A stretch of DNA of 64,000 nt from Sulfurimonadaceae bacterium (lineage in GTDB: Bacteria > Campylobacterota > Campylobacteria > Campylobacterales > Sulfurimonadaceae), in assembly GCA_041571435.1 (NCBI GenBank), contig JBFFUI010000008.1, positions 4,581 through 68,580 on the forward strand, given 5' to 3'. The first letter of the stretch is position 1; every line of letters starts with the position of its first letter. Made by a program: the position numbers and the translations under genes. The notes under the pieces are model-generated. The model saw only the letters and a list, made by a program, of their open reading frames with translations. It ran no database searches and was not told the DNA's origin. Shown here one piece after another: positions 10,529 to 19,533 of this stretch.

Positions 10529-11044
10529 ATGAATTGGTTTTTTCTCACTGTATTTTACAGCGGTCTTGCACCTAAAGCTCCGGGAACCGTAGGGACCATA
10601 GTCGCACTGCCTATAGGGGTAGTGATCTTGGCCTACTTAGGTCCGCAGACACTTTTTTTAGCGGCATTGCTGTTGACGCTCGCCGGCGTTAAAGCGGTCA
10701 ACAAGTATCAGGAGAGCTCAAATACACACGATGACGGACGTATCGTAATCGATGAGCTGGTCGGAATGTGGTTGGCACTCTCTATAGCGCCGGGTATCTA
10801 TACACCGTTGGACGAACTGCTTGTACTTGAAAACGGTATGCTGATCCAAATCGTTTTAAGTTTTGGCCTATTTCGCTATTTTGACATCAAAAAGCCCTCT
10901 ATCATCGGCCGTATAGACCGTGAAGCACCGGGCGGCTACGGCGTAATGTTCGACGATGTCCTAGCAGGTATCGCAGCAGGTATACTAACGGCTATTATTT
11001 GGCAAGGTATTTTGGTCTCAGGCGTGATCGAGTATCTCAAATAA
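10529..11044 (+). CDS. pgpA: phosphatidylglycerophosphatase A
   Basis: PKAPGTVGT, IVIDELVG, FRYFDIKKP, GVMFDDVLAG. Confidence 0.95.
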   Translation: MNWFFLTVFYSGLAPKAPGTVGTIVALPIGVVILAYLGPQTLFLAALLLTLAGVKAVNKYQESSNTHDDGRIVIDELVGMWLALSIAPGIYTPLDELLVLENGMLIQIVLSFGLFRYFDIKKPSIIGRIDREAPGGYGVMFDDVLAGIAAGILTAIIWQGILVSGVIEYLK

Positions 11045-11081
11045 GCTGTGACGCTGCTTCACCTCTCTTCTTTATAACACT

Positions 11082-12416
11082 TTAGTTGGCCGCGTTTCCG
11101 GCCACGTTGAGCGGATCCCATGTTTTGGAGATCGGCGGGGCATAGCAAAAGTCCATCATCCCAAGCTCTTCCGTCGTCATCTTCGCTTTTATCGCCATAG
11201 CAATGACATCGATACGGAGTGCCGCACCTTTTTTGCCCAGGATCTCGCCCCCTACTATCACTCTGCTCTCTGCTTCATAGACAAGTTTGATGTAGATGTC
11301 TTGTTGATTCTTGTAGAACGCTGACTGATCTTTATCTTTGACAAAAACAGTCTTGCATGCCAGCCCCATCTTGGTGGCATCACTCTCATTGATCCCGGTA
11401 ATCGCTGCTTCCAAATCCATCACTTTAACACAGGCTGAGCCCAATGAGCCTGGGTACCATGCATGACCGCCGGCCATGTTCTCTCCCGCAACACGTCCGA
11501 GTTTGTTCGCACCGGTAGCCAGAGGAATGTAGACATCATCTTTTTTGACAATATGCGGTACAGTGGCACAATCGCCTGCGGCATAGACATCTTTTAGAGT
11601 TGTCTCGGCTCTCCCGTTAATGACAATAGCACCGTTTTCCAAGGTCTTGATACCCGTGTTTAAGACAAACTCCGTATTGGGTTTAAAGCCGGTAGCAATA
11701 ACGACCAAGTCTGTTTCATAATTGTTTTTATCCGTCACGACACGCTGCACTGTTGTCTCACCTTCAAAACCTTTTACACCTTCATTCAAGACCAGTTCAA
11801 CGTCGTGTCCAAGCAACTCTTCATGCATCATATCCGTTATGCGTTCATCAAATATACGGTTGAAGACACGCGGCCCCCTTTGGATCAAACGCACCTTTTT
11901 ACCCAGGTTTTTCATCGCTTCGACCACTTCGATCCCGATAAAACCGCCGCCGATAATAGTGACATCTTTTACCGTATCACTCTGTACAAGCGCTTTGAGT
12001 CTTTTACCGTCATCCAACTTGGTCAAGGTAAAAATATTTTCCAATCCTATATTATCAAAAGGCGGTTTAATGACATTTGCCCCTGTTGCGATCATCAATT
12101 TGTCGTAGTGGTGTGTCGTCACATTTGAACTGCGCAAATCTTTGACCTGCACCGTTTTATCGTCTGCTGATACCGAGAGGACCTGATGTGCTGTCTGTAC
12201 ATCGATACCCGCATCACGCATCTGTTCAACCGATCGCGCCAACATGGTATGTTCATCCTGAAAAAAATCACCTACATAATAGGGAAGACCGCAAGCCCCG
12301 AAAGAGACGATCTCACCCATCTCATAGACTGTTATCTCAGCATCTTTTGCAAATCGTCTCGCTTTTGCCGCTGCACTCATCCCTGCGGCGATACCGCCAA
12401 CAATAATAATTTTCAT
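11082..12416 (-). CDS. CoA-disulfide/persulfide reductase-NADH oxidase family flavoprotein
   Basis: GGIAAGMSAA, SFGACGLPY (single active-site Cys), GGGFIGIE, C-terminal YAPP; no rhodanese fusion. Confidence 0.88.
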   Translation of the reverse strand: MKIIIVGGIAAGMSAAAKARRFAKDAEITVYEMGEIVSFGACGLPYYVGDFFQDEHTMLARSVEQMRDAGIDVQTAHQVLSVSADDKTVQVKDLRSSNVTTHHYDKLMIATGANVIKPPFDNIGLENIFTLTKLDDGKRLKALVQSDTVKDVTIIGGGFIGIEVVEAMKNLGKKVRLIQRGPRVFNRIFDERITDMMHEELLGHDVELVLNEGVKGFEGETTVQRVVTDKNNYETDLVVIATGFKPNTEFVLNTGIKTLENGAIVINGRAETTLKDVYAAGDCATVPHIVKKDDVYIPLATGANKLGRVAGENMAGGHAWYPGSLGSACVKVMDLEAAITGINESDATKMGLACKTVFVKDKDQSAFYKNQQDIYIKLVYEAESRVIVGGEILGKKGAALRIDVIAMAIKAKMTTEELGMMDFCYAPPISKTWDPLNVAGNAAN

Positions 12417-12603
12417 AATATCGTTACCCTTTTATACTCTATATGTCCTATTATAATACAAAACGTACATAGATTGACGCTGTTAATAGCAGACGGTGGT
12501 CTGATCAGAAATAGTTTAATGTACTAATGGGTGAATAATTATCTGTGTGTTATGTTGAAGATGGGGAAAAAGGAGGGTTGACGTGCGGAAATCTGATCGT
12601 AGC

Positions 12604-12858
12604 TTAGAGATTAAGCTTCCAGAAGTCGTTGAGTTCCGAACGCAAGCGTTCAAGAACCTGTTCACGTGTTTCGGTGTTGTCAAAAGCAAGCATTTTAGCC
12701 AATTCAGATGCACTGAGGCGCTCTGTATAATGCTTTTCGACGTACTTCATCGCTTTTGCATTGAACTTTTTGGCGATCGAAAGTGATAGTTCTTTGTCAA
12801 ATGCGATGGTATCTGGGTGTTCATTGTTGATTAATACTAAATATCCAATAGGTCTCAT
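12604..12858 (-). CDS. hypothetical protein (84 aa)
   Basis: ORF fills the intergenic gap; TGnTAAGAT promoter-like element 7 nt before ATG. Confidence 0.6.
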   Translation of the reverse strand: MRPIGYLVLINNEHPDTIAFDKELSLSIAKKFNAKAMKYVEKHYTERLSASELAKMLAFDNTETREQVLERLRSELNDFWKLNL

Positions 12859-13004
12859 AAACGTAATCTTAGCAAAAAAAAGTGCATTTGGCTAGAGGTA
12901 AAGGAAAATTTGTGCTAATTTTTGCTAATGATGCCAGAAATATGAGACTCAGACATCTATAATTACTTCTAATAATAGCTGTTTGTCTGAAAAAAGGATG
13001 ATGA

Positions 13005-13517
13005 TCAGATCATCATCGGATCAAAAGTCGGCTCGATCTCTTCGTAGTCTGCAACAATCTGGTCAAACATTTTCTGTGTCTTTTTGGCCTTCGCAATCTG
13101 GGCGTCAAAAATCTTTCTCGATGACGGGAACGCGTCAGCTAGTTCCGTATAGATCATTATACGCCCGTTAAGGTGCTTGTTGAATTCTGTAAATGCTTTA
13201 CTGAGAAATTCACGTTTTGTCGTATGACGGAAAAGCGCTTTGAGCATCTTGTCGCGCTCTTTAATAGGGATCGACTCGTCGATGCCGTCAGCAACACGTT
13301 TAAGATCGATACGTGAAAGATAGACACCGCTCTGACTCGGTGCAAGCAGCTTCTCCTGCAGTTCATCTACAAAAGCCGGATACGGCTCTTCATCGACTGC
13401 ATCACCACGGTCCGGGTTCTCTTCAGTGTCACAGCTTCCGTCTTCACTGATCTCACATTTGTCGCGTACAAACTTGTCAAATTCTGCTCTTAGTTCGTCC
13501 ATGTTGCCATTGATCAT
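13005..13517 (-). CDS. hypothetical acidic protein, last gene of molybdoenzyme cluster
   Basis: AGGA SD, 12-nt gap from the upstream gene, host-like codon usage. Confidence 0.8.
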   Translation of the reverse strand: MINGNMDELRAEFDKFVRDKCEISEDGSCDTEENPDRGDAVDEEPYPAFVDELQEKLLAPSQSGVYLSRIDLKRVADGIDESIPIKERDKMLKALFRHTTKREFLSKAFTEFNKHLNGRIMIYTELADAFPSSRKIFDAQIAKAKKTQKMFDQIVADYEEIEPTFDPMMI

Positions 13518-13529
13518 TATTATTTCCTT

Positions 13530-14288
13530 CTAATTATTTTTTATAAAATTGTAAGCGTTTTTTGTCAAACGCTCCAGTTGTGCCTCATAGCCTATATATT
13601 CGACATCGAGTTCATTCGCACGCTGACGAAGTGCAGAGATCTGCTTCGCATTTTTAAGGTCAATACAAATTGGCGGCAGCTTTGCCACCTTTGCCAATGA
13701 GCTGATCGTCGAGGCGTCAATAACAGCGTCATAGTCACTCAGATCGCATGCATCTGTCAAACGGTTGATATCGATCGATACACTCTCATTCATGGCCATC
13801 AATGACTCGACATATTCATGATAATAGAAAAGAGTATGCTCTCTCTGTGTCAATGCTATCGCCTTTGCCAATGCCCCTGCACCGATTACAGCGATCTTTC
13901 TCGCCTGTTTTTCATCAAGCAGTTCAAAAAGAGATTGTATCGCAATAAAATCGCCGATAAGCTTTTTATCTTTCACTAAAACCACATCACATGCGCCGCA
14001 CGCTTTGGAAAGTTCACTTTGAATGTCTACGATCTCAGCGGCATCTTTTTGATACTCGGCGCCGATGAAAGCACCGCTTAACTGAGCATCACGCATGTTG
14101 GAGAGTGTAAAGTAGAAATCGTCTTCGCGAATGTTCATCGGGATCATCATCGCATCATCACCCGCAGCTTTGAAAAGACGGTTTACACTCACGGACAGAC
14201 GGTTTTGCTGCGCCTCTTCGGCAATAAAACCGAACAGTTTGGTCTGACGGCCGATCTGGTTGGATTCGTTCATACTGTCAACACTCAT
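13530..14288 (-). CDS. shikimate dehydrogenase-fold protein, catalytically degenerate
   Basis: TKLFGFIA start, GAC, LIGD and IGAGALAKA motifs align with AroE, but the catalytic Lys and Asp are substituted. Confidence 0.75.
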   Translation of the reverse strand: MSVDSMNESNQIGRQTKLFGFIAEEAQQNRLSVSVNRLFKAAGDDAMMIPMNIREDDFYFTLSNMRDAQLSGAFIGAEYQKDAAEIVDIQSELSKACGACDVVLVKDKKLIGDFIAIQSLFELLDEKQARKIAVIGAGALAKAIALTQREHTLFYYHEYVESLMAMNESVSIDINRLTDACDLSDYDAVIDASTISSLAKVAKLPPICIDLKNAKQISALRQRANELDVEYIGYEAQLERLTKNAYNFIKNN

Positions 14289-14297
14289 ACCATCTCC

Positions 14298-15407
14298 TTA
14301 CATATCATCTGAAATACCCCAAAGCTCTCGTGCCTCTTCTTCTTCACATTGGCACTGATAACACATCTTTGCACCGGCCAATGAGGTAAACAGACGTCCA
14401 CACTCATTGCAGTTCTTTACATCAAACGTGACAAGATTCTGGACTTGCGGCTCAAAAAACTCTTTTATATTATACGCGTTGGAACGTGTCAGAGCATCCG
14501 TTTCGCACACATCATGGCAGACATGGCACTTAATGCATAAAAATGGATCGAAATCGATCTTTGAATTACGGACGTTCGAGGTCAACGCACCCGTCGGACA
14601 GACACGGTAACACATCTGACATGCCGTACACTTTTCCAAGTCAAAAAGTTTTTGTGACGTAAAACTCAGTTCTGTCGCATCAACCACGTGATAGGTCGAC
14701 GGTTTCTCTGCACGTTTCAGAGCGGTAAAGAGCAGTTTACGTCTGTCCGGAATACCTTTCTGTTTTAACTGTGCGATCTTATCGTTTGTGATGGTATGTT
14801 CAACCAGCTCGTCGGTCGCTATCTCAACCTCACGGTCAAACTTCTGTTTTGCCGTTGCCGCATTTTTGAGTGTAAAAGCTCTGAAAAAGTCACGTCGTTC
14901 GCCTTCAGGTACGTCAGTCATCTCCTCAGGCGTATACGCTCTGTTTTCCAGTCTGACAGCAGCACTGCTCTCCATAGCCTCGAGCACATAATTCGCCTCT
15001 TCGGCTGTTGATTCGATCTGCCCTCTGCAGGTGTGGGCGATATCACAGTTCTCACAATGTCCCATATCAAATGTTACGCCATTTTTTAACGAAGCCAGTG
15101 CGATGACATGCTCAACATTCAAAACAGAGATACACGGAACATTTTTGCGGCATGAGATCAGCGACTCTTCGCTTGAAGCGAATTCGAAAAAGAACTCTGT
15201 CAAACTGAAGTCATCTAGCGTTAATGCTTCGGAGGGACAGACACCTGCACATCCGCCGCAAGCAACGCATTTAGAAAAGTTTATCGCTGGTAGCCCGTCA
15301 TTTATAACAATAGCATTGGTCGGACAGATGCGCTCACATTTATCACACTCGCTGAACTTGGCGAGAGAACGGATACAGGCAGACGTATTAAGAGCGATCG
15401 CTGCCAT
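14298..15407 (-). CDS. polyferredoxin (multiple 4Fe-4S motifs)
   Basis: CDKCERICP, CVACGGCAGVCP, CTACQMCYRVCP, CIKCHVCHDVC plus extra Cys groups. Confidence 0.9.
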   Translation of the reverse strand: MAAIALNTSACIRSLAKFSECDKCERICPTNAIVINDGLPAINFSKCVACGGCAGVCPSEALTLDDFSLTEFFFEFASSEESLISCRKNVPCISVLNVEHVIALASLKNGVTFDMGHCENCDIAHTCRGQIESTAEEANYVLEAMESSAAVRLENRAYTPEEMTDVPEGERRDFFRAFTLKNAATAKQKFDREVEIATDELVEHTITNDKIAQLKQKGIPDRRKLLFTALKRAEKPSTYHVVDATELSFTSQKLFDLEKCTACQMCYRVCPTGALTSNVRNSKIDFDPFLCIKCHVCHDVCETDALTRSNAYNIKEFFEPQVQNLVTFDVKNCNECGRLFTSLAGAKMCYQCQCEEEEARELWGISDDM

Positions 15408-16036
15408 TATTCCGTAGCGAGGCTTTCATTGATTAGTTCGTTGTCGGAAAGCATAAACTCAAGCGCCATCTCAGCAGCATCATAATAGAGCGGTGTACGC
15501 GCTTCATACTTCATATTGATCAGGTAGAGTGGTGCCCACTGCAGGAGATGTTTGTTCAAGAACTCGCTTTGCGCTTGCAAAAGGTGTTCAACCGCATTGG
15601 TATCACCCTCTTCCATCGCTTTCATCTGCGCTTCGCACAGATGATGCATAAACTCAAGTTCAACACCGATGTGGTCACTTGAAACAACACGTGCGATCTC
15701 ATAGTCGACGATAAAGTCGTAGGCGCTGTACATGTCTGTTACCGGGTTAGCCCCGCCTGTTTCGATCTTTTGGTCGTCACGCGTGTAAAATGTCTCATAA
15801 GGGACAAGGTGCAGGACTGAAAGGTTCACAAAGTCTGGATTCAAATGTTCGCCCAAGAGCGCACTGTTTTGAAGAGTACTTAGTGGTTCCCACTTCTTTA
15901 GGTTTGGAAAAAACTCTAAGATCTGATCGTCATTTTTGATCGTCGTCAGCATCTCGTCATCGAGCTCTTGCATAAGTATTCTTGAAAGTAGTGCATATAT
16001 ATTACTGCGTGCTTGTGTCTGTTCCATGCGTATCAA
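15407..16036 (-). CDS. TorD/DmsD family molybdoenzyme chaperone
   Basis: PYETFY, DHIGVELEFMHHL, FLNKHLLQW motifs; start may be ATG 16027. Confidence 0.92.
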   Translation of the reverse strand: MIRMEQTQARSNIYALLSRILMQELDDEMLTTIKNDDQILEFFPNLKKWEPLSTLQNSALLGEHLNPDFVNLSVLHLVPYETFYTRDDQKIETGGANPVTDMYSAYDFIVDYEIARVVSSDHIGVELEFMHHLCEAQMKAMEEGDTNAVEHLLQAQSEFLNKHLLQWAPLYLINMKYEARTPLYYDAAEMALEFMLSDNELINESLATE

Positions 16037-16068
16037 TATTCCTGAAAAAAATTATGGGGGATTTTAAC

Positions 16069-16091
16069 CAAGTAGGCTGAAAGCCTACTTG
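16069..16091. other. perfect 10-bp stem-loop between catalytic subunit and chaperone genes
   Basis: caagtaggct-gaa-agcctacttg. Confidence 0.75.
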
Positions 16092-16101
16092 AAAAAAGAA
16101 G

Positions 16102-19100
16102 TTAGTCTTTGATCTCAACCGCGTAGGCTTTCTCTGAAAGAGCAACCCAAGGACGCTTGATATGACGCGGACGACGCCATTTGTTCGCTGTATTAAGAGG
16201 ACGAGTAAGCTCATCTCTCCACGCCTGGTATGTTTTGAAGTTATTTTCATAGTTGACATAGATGTCACCGATGTTGTCACCCGGTTGAGCAGGTTCCAAA
16301 ATAACTTTCTGGTGCCAACAGTGCATACCCGAGATCGGATCCGGGTGCGTCGGTGCCACAGCATTTTGCCATGAACCAGAAAGACCGTCCCACCAGATGT
16401 TGTCACTGTCTTTGTTATAGGCAGCAAAACGCTTAGTATGGAAAGGTTTAATGCCTTCTACATAACGCATAAGACCTTTTTTACCGTCCATGACCATCTC
16501 GGCAGTCGGAACACCGAAGCTGTTCATACCTGCAGTACCGTCGTAATCTTCGATCATGATCTCTTGACCGATGCGACCTGCAGCTGCAGGGCTGTCTGCC
16601 ATAAACTTAGGATCGTTCATGTTACGCGGTACCGGCTGACCGTCAACTTTACCGTCTGTTACACCGTTAGGAATCGTTACAGAGTTTTTAAGTTTCCAGC
16701 GTCCACCATGGTGTGAACATGCCAGTGTACCAGGAAGAACACCTTCAGTCGGTACGGCCATCGCTACGAAGTAACCGCTTTCAAGACCTGAAACCGTGTC
16801 AACGATACGGACACGGATCGCATCACCACGCTTGAAGCCTTGACGCTTCGCATCCGGAGTTGAGATCCAGATCGGGTCATGGTTTTGCGAGATCTCCATA
16901 AGGTGCTTAGAGTTCGCAGAACGCGTGTGAATGTTGTATGGAAGACGGAATACTGTGTTCAATGCATACGAGTTCTCTTCAGTCATATACATATGGTTAA
17001 CGTGAGAGACAATGTGAACCATCTCCTCTTTCTCTTTCTCGTTACGAGGGTAGAAAGGAATCGCATACTCCGGCCATTTCCACTCGTCAGATGCGAACCA
17101 CTCTGAGAAGAAGTCAAGTTTTTTGTCAAGTGTCGCAAAACCTTCCATCTTAACACCGTCGATCTCGATACCAATAGGTTTTTTACCATCATCGTATTTC
17201 CATGCGTCGCTGCCATGTGCTTTTGTTGTCATGACACCCGTACGCTTATCGATCTCGACATGATGTTTATTATATTTGTGACCGTGTGCGATGTAGTTTT
17301 CACCATCTTCTTTGATCACACGCTCTTGTGCCGAATAGATATTGTTCTCTTCCATCCATGCACCGTGATCTCTCATGTACTCGTATACTGGGTACTCAGA
17401 GTCTTTGTAACGCGGGTCTGAAGTCGCTGTAGACTTCAGGTTCGGCAAGTTGTCACCGAACGCAGCATCGTACCATTCAGAGATCGTAACCGGTTTGCCT
17501 GGGTTCTTTTTAGACTCCCACATTTTCTTGATACCAAGAGAGCCATCCGGATCGATGTAGTTAACACCCATGTCGAACCAGAACTCATTCTCTTCCCAAA
17601 CTTCACCAAGACCAGCTTTGATGTGTGCTTCAAGTGTTGCACGGTTAGGGTTTTTAGGTTTCCAACCTGCTTTCTCAAGCGCAACACGCATAACCGGCTG
17701 ACGGAATGATGTCCAACGTGCCGGCATCGTCGCTTCAGAGTGCTGATCGTGACGCTCGCCGGCAAGACCAACTGGAAGTACGTAATCAACATGCCAGTTT
17801 GTTTCAGACCATACAGGAGAAAGGTTAAAGGTAAGTTCCATTTTGGACTCGTCTTTAAGCACTTCCAACCAACGGAAGCCGTCTGGGTTGATCCATACCG
17901 GGTTGTACATACGTGGGATCCAGACAGCCAGTTTCTGTGGAACGTTGAGTCCTTTTTTGATCCATTTGTCCTGCCACTCAGTATCGGTTAGAAGGTGTGG
18001 CAGAAGGTATGACATCTCATACGTAGAGAGAGGCCATTCAGGCGGCCAAGAAAGTTCATTCCAGACATCGACTTTAGGAACGTTTGCACCGCCCTTACCT
18101 TGACCGACAGTCGCAGCACCACCCTTACCGGCAACAGAAATAACGTGCCAGTGGTGGAAGAATGTACCACCTTTAGGACCGATCGCACCGCGTAGACCAA
18201 GTGCAAGGTAACCTGTACGACCTGAGACCCAACCACCACGGTTACCCGCAGCTGTTGCACGCCAGAAGTATGACGCGATAGAGGTGTCAGCCCAGAGGAA
18301 CATGTCGTATAGTTTCTCTAGTTTGTACGCCGGTACATGCGACTCTTTAACTGCATAGTCAAGTGTATATGGTGCATAAATCTCTTTTAGCATTTCCATG
18401 TACGACTCAAAACTGCCATCTTTCGGAAGTGCAGAGATATACCCTTTTTTAACCATGAAGTTCAGATAATCTTTGTTATCCATCATCACTTCCCAGTTAA
18501 ACCACTTCTTGACAAATGCTTTATTGACCTTGTCTTCTTGAAGCATACGCTGTACAAGATAGAGGTAGATTGTCGGTTCTGTACCTGGCCATGCTGCGAT
18601 CCAAAGGTCTGCCATACCGGCAGAGTTAGACATACGCGGATCCATAACAACAAGTTTTGCACCTTTTTTACGTGCGTCAGCAATGTGACCTGCAGCCTGC
18701 TGGAAGTAGTGACCCGCATCGGCTGCGTGTGACGAGTTAAGGAAAACAAGTTTCGCGTTTGCCCAGTCCGGAGACGTACGGTCATCATTTGCCCACTGGA
18801 TAGTCGGCGTACGACCACCTGAAGAACAGATGTTAGTGTGCGAGTTGAATGCATCCGTGTTCAGTGTTTCCCAGAATTTTCCGGTGAAACCGTTCTCGTT
18901 CGGACGACCGACGTGGAACATAACTGATTTTTTAGAAAGCTCATCCCCAACACGTAGAGTGTCACCCATCTTCTTACCGATGGTTGTCATCGCTTCATCC
19001 CAAGTCGTACGGATCCATTTACCTTCACCGCGCTTAGAGCCCGGAGCACGTTTGATCGGGAATGCTAGACGATCCGGATCATACATTTGAGACTGTGTCG

Positions 19101-19521
19101 CATAACCTTTAGCACAGTTACGGCCACGAGAACCCGGGTGAAGCGGGTTACCCATATATTTTTTAACGGTAAAGGTCTTCTTATCGATCCATGCTGTCAG
19201 ACCACAAGAGGCCTCACAGTTTGAACAGGCTGTCGGAACGATCGCGAAATCGTTGACATAGATACCATCTGGGTTCTCTTCGCTCTGTACACCGTGACGG
19301 CCGATACCACCACGTTTCCAGTCTTGGCCATCAAGCTCTTTAAAGTCTTCCCACTGATCCAACGGCGGATAGAATGATAGTGAATCAGGCGTGTTCGTAA
19401 ATTTGCTTTCACTGACTGATTCTGCAATGGCGTCAGTTGTGAAAACGCCCTTTGCAATTGCAGCGCCGGCAACAGTAAATGCCGCGCCTTTTAAAAATGT
19501 TCTTCTACTTTCTAAATACAT
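16102..19521 (-). CDS. Tat-exported DMSO-reductase-family molybdoenzyme catalytic subunit (PsrA/TtrA-like)
   Basis: SRRTFLK Tat signal, CSNCEASC...C FS0 motif, HTNIC putative Cys Mo ligand, C-terminal HTRSAN MGD-binding domain. Confidence 0.93.
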   Translation of the reverse strand: MYLESRRTFLKGAAFTVAGAAIAKGVFTTDAIAESVSESKFTNTPDSLSFYPPLDQWEDFKELDGQDWKRGGIGRHGVQSEENPDGIYVNDFAIVPTACSNCEASCGLTAWIDKKTFTVKKYMGNPLHPGSRGRNCAKGYATQSQMYDPDRLAFPIKRAPGSKRGEGKWIRTTWDEAMTTIGKKMGDTLRVGDELSKKSVMFHVGRPNENGFTGKFWETLNTDAFNSHTNICSSGGRTPTIQWANDDRTSPDWANAKLVFLNSSHAADAGHYFQQAAGHIADARKKGAKLVVMDPRMSNSAGMADLWIAAWPGTEPTIYLYLVQRMLQEDKVNKAFVKKWFNWEVMMDNKDYLNFMVKKGYISALPKDGSFESYMEMLKEIYAPYTLDYAVKESHVPAYKLEKLYDMFLWADTSIASYFWRATAAGNRGGWVSGRTGYLALGLRGAIGPKGGTFFHHWHVISVAGKGGAATVGQGKGGANVPKVDVWNELSWPPEWPLSTYEMSYLLPHLLTDTEWQDKWIKKGLNVPQKLAVWIPRMYNPVWINPDGFRWLEVLKDESKMELTFNLSPVWSETNWHVDYVLPVGLAGERHDQHSEATMPARWTSFRQPVMRVALEKAGWKPKNPNRATLEAHIKAGLGEVWEENEFWFDMGVNYIDPDGSLGIKKMWESKKNPGKPVTISEWYDAAFGDNLPNLKSTATSDPRYKDSEYPVYEYMRDHGAWMEENNIYSAQERVIKEDGENYIAHGHKYNKHHVEIDKRTGVMTTKAHGSDAWKYDDGKKPIGIEIDGVKMEGFATLDKKLDFFSEWFASDEWKWPEYAIPFYPRNEKEKEEMVHIVSHVNHMYMTEENSYALNTVFRLPYNIHTRSANSKHLMEISQNHDPIWISTPDAKRQGFKRGDAIRVRIVDTVSGLESGYFVAMAVPTEGVLPGTLACSHHGGRWKLKNSVTIPNGVTDGKVDGQPVPRNMNDPKFMADSPAAAGRIGQEIMIEDYDGTAGMNSFGVPTAEMVMDGKKGLMRYVEGIKPFHTKRFAAYNKDSDNIWWDGLSGSWQNAVAPTHPDPISGMHCWHQKVILEPAQPGDNIGDIYVNYENNFKTYQAWRDELTRPLNTANKWRRPRHIKRPWVALSEKAYAVEIKD

Positions 19522-19533
19522 TGATATCCTCTC

